A DNA stretch of 64,000 bases from assembly GCA_963693105.1 (NCBI GenBank), contig OY843752.1, forward strand, positions 234,623-298,622, read 5' to 3'. Both the position numbers and the translations under genes were made by a program. This document shows positions 1 to 7,795 of the stretch, piece by piece. A model generated the notes under the pieces. That model searched no databases, was not told the DNA's origin, and worked only from the letters and a program-made list of their open reading frames with translations. Each line of letters begins with the position of its first letter. Position 1 is the stretch's first letter. The stretch is from an uncultured candidatus Porisulfidus sp. (GTDB taxonomy: Bacteria > Pseudomonadota > Gammaproteobacteria > Poriferisulfidales > Oxydemutatoraceae).

Positions 1-1337
1 CCGGCGACGAAGCCGGGCAGGCGGCGGACGCGCCGGTCGAGCCAGCGGCGGTACGGATGGCGGTTTTTCAGGTATTCGTCTATGGCCGCGGGCAGCAGCA
101 ATTCACCGGAGCGCGTGTCCACCGCGATCATCTCGCCCGGTTTCAGCCGGCCCTTGGCGACGACCTCGTCCGGCGCGTAATCATAGACGCCGATTTCCGA
201 AGCCAGCGTGATATGGCGGTCGCCGGTGATGACGTAGCGCGCAGGCCTCAGGCCGTTGCGGTCCATCGTGCAGGCGGCGTAACGGCCGTCGCTGAGGACG
301 ATGCCCGCCGGGCCGTCCCACGGCTCCATGTGGATCGTGCTGTATTCGTAAAACGCCTTCAGATCCGGGTCCATGTCGGTCACGTTCTGCCACGCAGGCG
401 GAATCAGCAGGCGCATCGCGCGGAAGATGTCCACGCCCCCCATCAGCAGCACTTCGAGCATGTTGTCGAGGCTGCATGAGTCGGAGCCTTCCGCCGACAC
501 CAGCGGATTCCACTGCGACAGGTCGGGCAGGTGCGGGCTGCGGAAGATATGCGCGCGCGCCTGCGCCCAGTGGCGGTTGCCGCAGATGGTGTTGATCTCG
601 CCGTTGTGGGCGAGAAAGCGGAAAGGCTGCGCCAGGCGCCATTGCGGCCAGGTATTGGTCGAGAAGCGCTGGTGGAAAACACAAATCGAGGTCTCGAGCG
701 ACTCGTCGTTGAGGTCGCCGTAGAACATGGACAGGTTGTCCGGCATCACCAGGCCCTTGTAGGACAGCGTGCGCGCCGACAGGCTGACGACATAGAACAC
801 CGGGTCGGACGGCGCCAGCGCGATTTCGGCGTGCCGCCTTGCAATGAACAGCCGGCGCTCGAAGTCGTCGCCGTCATCGCCGCCGGCGTTGACAAAGACC
901 TGCTCGATGCGCGGCAGCGACGCCAGCGCCTCCTCCCCGCACACCGACGGCTCCACCGGCACTTCGCGCCACCCCGCCGGCGTCAGCCCCTGGTCCAGCA
1001 GGGTCTGCTCCAGTTTTTTTCTGGCGCGTTGCGCCGCAGCCTCGTCGGGGTTCAGAAAAACCATGCCTGCGGCGAACACGGGCGACAGCGAAAACCCGGC
1101 CTGCGCCGCCTTGCCGCGCATGTACTCCTGCGGCATTTTCAGCAGCAGCCCGCAGCCGTCGCCGGTCTTGCCGTCCGCCGCGACCGCGCCGCGGTGGGTC
1201 AGGCGTCCAAGCGACTGGATGGCGGTCGCCACCAGCCAGTGACTGGCGCGCCCGTCCATCTGGGCAATCAGGCCGAAGCCGCAGTTGTCTTTCTCAAATT
1301 CAGGGCGATACAGGCCGCCGCGCGGTGTCTCTCGCAT
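1..1337 (-). CDS. gltB: Glutamate synthase large subunit, N-terminal glutamine amidotransferase region (partial, runs off the left edge)
   Basis: Own minus-strand translation from ATG at 1337 gives MRETPRGGLYRPEFEKDNCGFGLIAQMDGRASHWLVATAIQSLGRLTHRGAVAADGKTGDGCGLLL... Further motifs are FLAHNGEINTICGNRHWAQARA, SDSCSLDNMLEVLL, LIPPAWQ, HMEPWDGPAGIVLSDGRY and DRNGLRPARY. The frame stays open to position 1. It is absent from the ORF track because it has no stop inside the window. Confidence 0.9.
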   Translation of the reverse strand, partial: MRETPRGGLYRPEFEKDNCGFGLIAQMDGRASHWLVATAIQSLGRLTHRGAVAADGKTGDGCGLLLKMPQEYMRGKAAQAGFSLSPVFAAGMVFLNPDEAAAQRARKKLEQTLLDQGLTPAGWREVPVEPSVCGEEALASLPRIEQVFVNAGGDDGDDFERRLFIARRHAEIALAPSDPVFYVVSLSARTLSYKGLVMPDNLSMFYGDLNDESLETSICVFHQRFSTNTWPQWRLAQPFRFLAHNGEINTICGNRHWAQARAHIFRSPHLPDLSQWNPLVSAEGSDSCSLDNMLEVLLMGGVDIFRAMRLLIPPAWQNVTDMDPDLKAFYEYSTIHMEPWDGPAGIVLSDGRYAACTMDRNGLRPARYVITGDRHITLASEIGVYDYAPDEVVAKGRLKPGEMIAVDTRSGELLLPAAIDEYLKNRHPYRRWLDRRVRRLPGFVA

Positions 1338-1368
1338 TGTCTTGTCTCTTGGGTGCGCTAAGGGACGA

Positions 1369-1396
1369 ATTATAGCACCGCATAAGTCCTTGAAAG
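1369..1396 (-). promoter_or_regulatory. Putative sigma70 promoter of gltB
   Basis: A perfect TATAAT lies on the minus strand at 1374-1369, 32 nt upstream of the gltB ATG. The -35 is weak (CTTTCA at 1396-1391, 16-nt spacer). Confidence 0.3.
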
Positions 1397-1521
1397 TATG
1401 GGAAACCGGGGCGGGCGGCTCCTGTGAGCCTTATAGTGAGTCAGGCGGTCATGGCGCACCAGCGCAGTGACAATCCCGGCGCTGGCGGCCTTGCCAGCCA
1501 AGGCCTCCGCCGTTTGCCTGA

Positions 1522-1826
1522 ATGGCTCCGGCGGCGGGTCAGAGCGGACAGCAGCAGCAGGGCGATGAGGCCGGTCCAGCCGAAACTGCCGCCGCCGCGG
1601 ACACCGCCGGGGGCAAGCCTCGTCGTCGTCGGACTGAGCGGGTCGCGGATGACGCCGTTGACGACGACGCCGTCTTCATCGTTCGCGCCGCCGTCCTCGA
1701 TGACCGGGGCGGCAGCGTCCGCCGATGTCGTCCGGGCATACCCCGTCGAGCAGCCTCGCGAAACCGGGGCGGCTGCCGTCGCGCGTGTCGAACTCCCTGT
1801 CCTGTACGGGATTCTCCGGCGGCGGG
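1522..1826 (-). pseudogene. Out-of-frame relic of the C-terminal pre-anchor domain and GlyGly-CTERM-like tail, downstream of the 1,992-aa ORF stop
   Basis: The nucleotides are homologous to 7859-8170, the C-terminus of the 8,422-aa gene. One frame reads ENPVQDREFDTRDGSRPGFARLLDGVCPDDIGG. Another reads VIEDGGANDEDGVVVNGVIRDPLSPTTTRLAPGGVRGGGSFGWTGLIALLLLSALTRRRSH. Relative to the large gene there is a 29-nt deletion between ...CCCGGT and ATCGAGGAC. Neither frame matches the upstream ORF, which ends at TGA 1827-1829. Confidence 0.6.
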
Positions 1827-4800
1827 TCAGGGCGCGGAAGATGGAATAACAGCGCCTTCGAGAAACACCCGGATGCGTATCTGCAAGGCGGTCGGCTCGT
1901 CATCGTCCAGAAGCATCGCCGTCGCAGACGATGTCGTTCCCCGCGACACCTCGCCTGCAAACGCGCCTTTCATAAAGCCGGCCTCGTTCGTGGCGCCGAG
2001 CGTGACCGTCAGCGTCGCGGTGGACTCGTGCAAAATGTCCTCGACCGTCGGCACCGTAATCAGCGCGCCGATTGTGCCGGCGGCAAAGGTTACAGTGCCT
2101 GATGCAGGCCCGGCGTAATCTTTCGCATCGGCGGCGATTGTGTACGGAACCGTCACCGGGCCTTCCGAGCCGTTGGCGGCGCCGCTCAGGGTGACTCTGA
2201 AAATTGCGTTATCCCCTTCCTCCACCTGGCCGGGGCCTTCGATGGAATACGTTATCGGGTCGCTTTGCCCGACGACGAACCCGGCACTGTTGGTGCTGAT
2301 GACGGCGGACGGATTGCCGCCGCCGGCGGCGTCCCTCAGCAGCAGCATCACCGTCTCGGTGCTCTCGTTGCGGTTGTCCCGAAGGATGGAAACCAAAACA
2401 GACGTGCTTCCAAACCCGCCGCTGTCGAACGCCAGACGGCCGGCCGTCCGCGTGGCTCCAACGGTAAAGTCATCCTCTTCCGCCGGATTGGCGCCACCGT
2501 CAACGACAATCCAGTCCACTGTCACTGCTTCGGTCGGAGTGTCCACACCGCTCAACTCGACTATGAACTCCGCATCCCCGCCTTCCGATACCTCGACCGG
2601 ATTCGCTCGCACCGACAAAAGGCGCGTCCCCACCAGATTCGCCGGTATCGTCAGACTGGCGACACTCGTCGAAACGGAAATCTCACCCGCGCCCGTGCCC
2701 GCCGATATACCGGTGATTCGTACAACCACCCTCTCGTCGTCTTCCTCGAGGTTGTCCTGGGCAATGGTTACAAATAACTCCGCTGCGATGTCACCCGCCT
2801 CCAGCGGTTGGTCGCCGGCTACCACGGTGCCGGCAGGAATGGCAGTGCCGCCAACGTCGGGAAAGACAGGACCGAAATCAGAGTTTGCCCCGGTGTTCGG
2901 TGCGCGGTTGCCCGTGCCGGTGTTTGTCTGCGTGACAATCTCGACACTCCACGTCACCGTCACCACGGCCGCGCTTGGAGGATCCAACGTCAGTGTGAAC
3001 GCCGCCTCCTGGCCCTCCAACGCCTCTTCGTTCGACCTGCGCACAAAGCCGACTTCAGCCGCGTCGCTTTGCCGAATCGTGACTTCAGCCATCGTCGAGG
3101 CGCCGAGACTTGTCAAACCCGCAGACGTCGCCGCACGCTCCAATTCCAGCACCAACGTCTCGGTGGACTCGTTCAGATTGTCGGCATGAATCGGCAGCAT
3201 CCATTCGCCGCTGGTCGTGCCGGCGGCGATTGTCAGCGGACTGGCGGCGGCGGTGTAATCTGCGCTCCCGGCGCTGCCGCCCAGCGTGAACGACACGTCC
3301 ACATCCGCCGTCGGCGTGCCGCCATCGAGTGTCAGCGTGAAACTCGCCGTCGCCCCTTCGCTCACGACCGCGGTGTCGGCGGATACGGTTACGACCAGCT
3401 CGTCGTCGTCGGTTATCGAAACCTGCAACGGCTCGCCGACATCCGTGCCGCCGTCGGCCAGCGGATCTTCAATATCGGCTTGAATGCTGAAGGTTTCCGT
3501 CGTCTCGTTCAATGAATCGCCTGCAAGCCGGATTACGAAAGAGGCTGCGGCGGCGTTGGCGGCGAAACTCACCGTGCCGGCCGTGGCGCCGGAAAAGTCC
3601 GTGGCCGTCGTCGTGCCGTGGACAACCGCCCACGTCACGCTGGTCGCTGCGCTGAAGCCCATGCCCGACAAACCAATCGTGTATTCGACGCTCACTTCCG
3701 CATCGCCCTCGTCCGGCATCGAAGCGCCTGTCACCGTCAAAGCGCGCACCCCCGCCGTGTTCCGAACAATGGTGAAGCCGGCGCTGCGCTCCGATCCGCT
3801 CAGCGAAACCTCGCCGCCGTCCGCGCCCACTGTCATCGGTTCGCCCAGGACCACTGTCAGAATCTCGTTCCTCTCCCGTTGGTTGTCCTGCACAATGCCG
3901 ACGGTGATTGCGCCTGCGGTCGAACCGGCGGCTATCGTCAGCGAACTGGAAGTGATTGTGTAATCACGCGTTGTAATCCCGGCGGCGGGGGCGACCGAAT
4001 ACGGCACGCGAATGGACGCCGCCGAGCCGGAAGCCGCTCCGCTCAGGATGACATCCAGCACCACATCCATTCCTTCCGACGCCGTCGTCGCCAAAGAGAT
4101 TACCGAGACCGTCAGCGCATCGTCGTCCCGAATCATCGCCGGCGCAGACGACAGTGTTCCCCGCGACACCTCGCCTGCAAACGCGCCTTTCATAAAACCG
4201 GCCTCGTTCGTGGCGCCGACTGTGACCGTCAGCGTCGCGGTGGACTCGTTCAGAACGTCCTCGACCGTCGGCACCGCAATCACCGCGCTGATCGTGCCGG
4301 CGGCAAAGGTTACAGTGCCTGATGCAGGCCCGGCGTAATCCTTCGCATCGGCGGCGATTGTGTACGGAACCGTCACCTCGCCTTCCGAGCCGTTGCTCGC
4401 GCCGCTCAGGATGACTCTGAAAATTGCGTTATCCCCTTCCTCCACCTGGCCGGGGCTTTCGATGGAATAGGTCATCGGGTCGCTTTGCCCAACGACGACC
4501 ACGGCCCTGTTGGTGCTGATGACGGCGCGCGGATCGTTGTCGTCGAGGGTGTCATACATCCTCAGCGTCACCGTCTCGGTGCTCTCGTTCCGGTTGTCCT
4601 GAAGGAGGGGAAGCGAAACAGACGTGCTTCCAAACTGGCTGAACGTAACATTGCCGGACTGCGGCGTGATTCCAGCGACAAAGTCATCCACCTCCGTCCC
4701 ATGGACGCCGCCGCTGAAGAAGCCGCCGATAGTGACATACCAGAACACTGTCACGTCAGCGGTCGGCTCTTCCTCACCGCTCAACTCGATTGTGAACTCC

Positions 4801-7643
4801 GCATTCCCGCCTTCCGATGCCTCAACCGGATCCGCTCGCACCGACAAAAAGCGCGTTGACGCCCGATTGGCCGGTATCGTCAGACTGGCGAAACTCGTCG
4901 AAGCGGAGACCTCGCCCGCGCCCGCGCCCGCCGATACACCGGTGACTCGTACAACCACTCTCTCGTCATCTTCCCCGAGGGTATCCTGGGCAGCCAATAT
5001 AGATAGAGGCAATGCGGTGCTACCCGCCTCCATCAGGGTATTGCCGACGATCATCCCGGCGCCGATCAACTCCTGTGTGCCGTCGATAAAGACCTCAGCG
5101 ACATCAGGGTTTTCCACGGTGTTCGGTGCGCGGGTGCCCGTGCCGGTGTTTGTCTGCGTGACAATCTCGACACTCCACGTCACCGTCACCACATCCGCGC
5201 TTGGGGGATTCAACCTCAGGCTGAGCTCCGCCTCCTCGCCCTCCGACACCTCTTCGCCCGAGATGCGCTCAAAGACGACTTCGGCCGCGTCGCTTTGCCG
5301 AATGATGACTTCAGCCATCGTCGAGGCGCCGAGACTTGTCGAACCCGCCGGCGTCTCCGCACGCTCCAGCGCCAACACCAACGTCTCGGTGGACTCGTTC
5401 AGATTGTCGGCATGAATCAACAGCATCACTTTGCCGCTGGTCGTGCCCGGGGCTATCACCAGCGGACTTGCAGCAACGGCGTAGTCTCCGCCTGCGTCGG
5501 CGGCCCCGCCCACGGCGCTGCCGCCCAGCGTGAATAACACTTCCACATCCGCCGTCGGCGTGCCTTCACTCAGCGTTACCGTGAAACTCGCCGTCGCCCC
5601 TTCGCTCACGACCGCGGTGTCGGCGGACACGGTTACGACCAGCTCGTCGTCGTCGGTTATCGAAACCTGCAACGGCTCGCCGACATCCGTGCCGTCGTCG
5701 GCCAGCGGATCTTCAATACCGGCTTGAATGCCGAAGGTTTCCGTCGTCTCGTTCAATGAATCGCCTGCAAGCCGGATTGCGAAAGAGGCTGCGGCGGCGT
5801 TGGCGGCGAAACTCACCGTGCCGCTTATGGCGCCGGAGAAGTCCGTGGCCGTCGTCGTGCCGTGGACGACCGCCCACGTCACGCTGGTCGCTGCGCTGAA
5901 GTATGCGCCATCCAGACCCATCGTGTATTCGACGCTCACTTCCGCATCGCCCTCGTCCGGCATCGAAGCGCCTGTCACCGTCAAAACACGCGCCGCATCG
6001 TCGTCCAGAATCATCACCGTCGCAGACGACATCGTTCCCCGCGACACCTCGCCTGCAAACGCGCCTTTCATAAAACCGGCCTCGTTCGTGGCGCCGAGCG
6101 TGACCGTCAGCGTCGCGTGAGGCTCGCTCACAGTGTTCTCGACCGTCGGCACCGTAATCACCGCGCCGGTCGTGCCGACGGCAAAGGTTACATTGCCTGA
6201 TGCAGGCCCGGCGTAATCCTCCGCATCGGCGGCGATTGTGTACGGAACCGTCACCTCGCCTTCCGAGCCGTTGCTCGCTCCGTTCAATCTGACGGTGAAC
6301 ACCGCCATCGAGCCTTCCTCCACCTGGCCGGGGCTTTCGATGGAATAGGTCATCGGGTCGCTTTGCCCAACGACGACCACGGCACTGCCGGTGCTGATGA
6401 CGGCACGCGGATCGTTGTCGTCGAGGGTGTCATACATCCTCAGCGTCACCGTCTCGGTGCTCTCGTTCCGGTTGTCCTGAAGGAGGGGAAGCGAAACAGA
6501 CCTGCTTCCAAACTGGCTGAACGTAACATTGCCGGACCGCGGCGTGATTCCAGCGACAAAGTCATCCACCTCCACCCCATGGACGCCGCCGCTGAAGAAG
6601 CCGCCGATAGCGACATACCAGAACACTGTCACGTCAGCGGTCGGCTCTTCCTCACCGCTCAACTCAATCGTGAACTCCGCATTCCCGCCTTCCGATGTCT
6701 CAACCGGATCCGCTCGCACCGACAAAAAGCGCGTTGACGCCCGATTGGCCGGTATCGTCAGACTGGCGAAACTCGTCGAAGCGGAGACCTCGCCCGCGCC
6801 CGCGCCCGCCGATACACCGGTGATTCGTACAACCACTCTCTCGTCATCTTCCCCGAGGGTATCCTGGGCAGCCAATATAGATAGAGGCAATGCGGTGTTA
6901 CCCGCCTCCATCAGGGTATTGCCGACGACCATCCCGCCGGCGATCAAAGCCTGTTCGCCGTCGATAAAGACCTCAGCGACATCAGGGTTTTCCACGGTGT
7001 TCGGTGCGCGGGTGCCCGTGCCGGTGTTTGTCTGCGTGACAATCTCGACACTCCACGTCACCGTCACCACATCCGCGCTTGGGGGATTCAACCTCAGGCT
7101 GAGCTCCGCCTCCTCGCCCTCCGACACCTCTTCGTCCCCGATGAGCTCAAAGACGACTTCGGCCGCGTCGCTTTGCCGGATGATGACTTCAGCCATCGTC
7201 GAGGCGCCGAGACTTGTCGAACCCGCCGGCGTCTCCGCACGCTCCAGCGCCAACACCAACGTCTCGGTGGACTCGTTCAGATTGTCGGCATGAATCAACA
7301 GCATCAATTCGCCGGTGGTCGTGCCGGAGGGAATCCTCAACGGACTGGCGGCGGCGGTGTAATCTGCGCCCACGGCGCTGCCGCCCAGCGTGAACGACAC
7401 TTCCACATCCGCCGTCGGCGTGCCTTCACTCAGCGTTACCGTGAAACTCGCCGTCGCCCCTTCGCTCACGACCGCGGCGTCGGCGGACACGGTTACGACC
7501 AGCGCGTTATCCTGTGCCGACGCCGGTGCGGCCCACAACACACAAAGCAGCAACAGACAAAAAACGCGCGATGCCGCGAGCGCAACAGTGGGGAAAATTG
7601 TCGCTGAATGGCCCCGGCAACCGTTTGAGATGCAAAGTATCAT
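1827..7643 (-). CDS. Calx-beta repeat surface protein, truncated tandem paralog of the giant gene (about 1,938 aa from ATG 7643; the ORF-track start at 7805 gives 1,992 aa)
   Basis: Leader MILCISNGCRGHSATIFPTVALAASRVFCLLLLCVLWAAPASA|QD is nearly identical to the leader of the 8,422-aa protein. The body consists of repeated modules such as VTVSADTAVVSEGATASFTVTLSEGTPTADVEVSFTLGGSAVGADYTAAASPL..G.T.G....IHADNLNESTETLVLAL, which fit the Calx-beta pattern. ATG 7643 was chosen because it aligns with the start of the large paralog. The 7805 start would read through the homopolymer tract and overlap the upstream gene. Confidence 0.85.
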   Translation of the reverse strand: MILCISNGCRGHSATIFPTVALAASRVFCLLLLCVLWAAPASAQDNALVVTVSADAAVVSEGATASFTVTLSEGTPTADVEVSFTLGGSAVGADYTAAASPLRIPSGTTTGELMLLIHADNLNESTETLVLALERAETPAGSTSLGASTMAEVIIRQSDAAEVVFELIGDEEVSEGEEAELSLRLNPPSADVVTVTWSVEIVTQTNTGTGTRAPNTVENPDVAEVFIDGEQALIAGGMVVGNTLMEAGNTALPLSILAAQDTLGEDDERVVVRITGVSAGAGAGEVSASTSFASLTIPANRASTRFLSVRADPVETSEGGNAEFTIELSGEEEPTADVTVFWYVAIGGFFSGGVHGVEVDDFVAGITPRSGNVTFSQFGSRSVSLPLLQDNRNESTETVTLRMYDTLDDNDPRAVISTGSAVVVVGQSDPMTYSIESPGQVEEGSMAVFTVRLNGASNGSEGEVTVPYTIAADAEDYAGPASGNVTFAVGTTGAVITVPTVENTVSEPHATLTVTLGATNEAGFMKGAFAGEVSRGTMSSATVMILDDDAARVLTVTGASMPDEGDAEVSVEYTMGLDGAYFSAATSVTWAVVHGTTTATDFSGAISGTVSFAANAAAASFAIRLAGDSLNETTETFGIQAGIEDPLADDGTDVGEPLQVSITDDDELVVTVSADTAVVSEGATASFTVTLSEGTPTADVEVLFTLGGSAVGGAADAGGDYAVAASPLVIAPGTTSGKVMLLIHADNLNESTETLVLALERAETPAGSTSLGASTMAEVIIRQSDAAEVVFERISGEEVSEGEEAELSLRLNPPSADVVTVTWSVEIVTQTNTGTGTRAPNTVENPDVAEVFIDGTQELIGAGMIVGNTLMEAGSTALPLSILAAQDTLGEDDERVVVRVTGVSAGAGAGEVSASTSFASLTIPANRASTRFLSVRADPVEASEGGNAEFTIELSGEEEPTADVTVFWYVTIGGFFSGGVHGTEVDDFVAGITPQSGNVTFSQFGSTSVSLPLLQDNRNESTETVTLRMYDTLDDNDPRAVISTNRAVVVVGQSDPMTYSIESPGQVEEGDNAIFRVILSGASNGSEGEVTVPYTIAADAKDYAGPASGTVTFAAGTISAVIAVPTVEDVLNESTATLTVTVGATNEAGFMKGAFAGEVSRGTLSSAPAMIRDDDALTVSVISLATTASEGMDVVLDVILSGAASGSAASIRVPYSVAPAAGITTRDYTITSSSLTIAAGSTAGAITVGIVQDNQRERNEILTVVLGEPMTVGADGGEVSLSGSERSAGFTIVRNTAGVRALTVTGASMPDEGDAEVSVEYTIGLSGMGFSAATSVTWAVVHGTTTATDFSGATAGTVSFAANAAAASFVIRLAGDSLNETTETFSIQADIEDPLADGGTDVGEPLQVSITDDDELVVTVSADTAVVSEGATASFTLTLDGGTPTADVDVSFTLGGSAGSADYTAAASPLTIAAGTTSGEWMLPIHADNLNESTETLVLELERAATSAGLTSLGASTMAEVTIRQSDAAEVGFVRRSNEEALEGQEAAFTLTLDPPSAAVVTVTWSVEIVTQTNTGTGNRAPNTGANSDFGPVFPDVGGTAIPAGTVVAGDQPLEAGDIAAELFVTIAQDNLEEDDERVVVRITGISAGTGAGEISVSTSVASLTIPANLVGTRLLSVRANPVEVSEGGDAEFIVELSGVDTPTEAVTVDWIVVDGGANPAEEDDFTVGATRTAGRLAFDSGGFGSTSVLVSILRDNRNESTETVMLLLRDAAGGGNPSAVISTNSAGFVVGQSDPITYSIEGPGQVEEGDNAIFRVTLSGAANGSEGPVTVPYTIAADAKDYAGPASGTVTFAAGTIGALITVPTVEDILHESTATLTVTLGATNEAGFMKGAFAGEVSRGTTSSATAMLLDDDEPTALQIRIRVFLEGAVIPSSAP
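1880..7510 (-). repeat. Coding tandem array of the about 2.2-kb six-Calx-beta supermodule (units of 2,220 and 1,878 bp plus partial units)
   Basis: The anchor string TTCGATGGAATA(C/G)GT(T/C)ATCGGGTC (antisense of P[IM]TYSIE) occurs at 2238, 4458 and 6336. The spacings are 2,220 and 1,878 bp, both multiples of 3. The short unit lacks the DVVLDVILSGAASGSAAS domain. Confidence 0.8.
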
Positions 7644-7684
7644 GTGCCATAAATCGGTCCAGAGACAGCAGGATACCTCCTCGC

Positions 7685-7706
7685 GGGGGGGGGGGGGGGG
7701 GGGGGG
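7685..7706. repeat. 22-nt homopolymer (G on plus strand, C on the coding strand) between the two giant genes
   Basis: Counted directly: G at every position from 7685 to 7706. It starts 42 nt upstream of ATG 7643 and lies 90 nt downstream of the stop of the 8,422-aa ORF. The homologous upstream region of the large gene has no such tract. Confidence 0.95.
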
Positions 7707-7795
7707 TGCGCAACTTGTTGTACCACACGGTTTTTGCAGCATACCCGCTCCGGCAATCTGCTTGCGGAAAACCACACTGCCAACCCGAGGCATGC

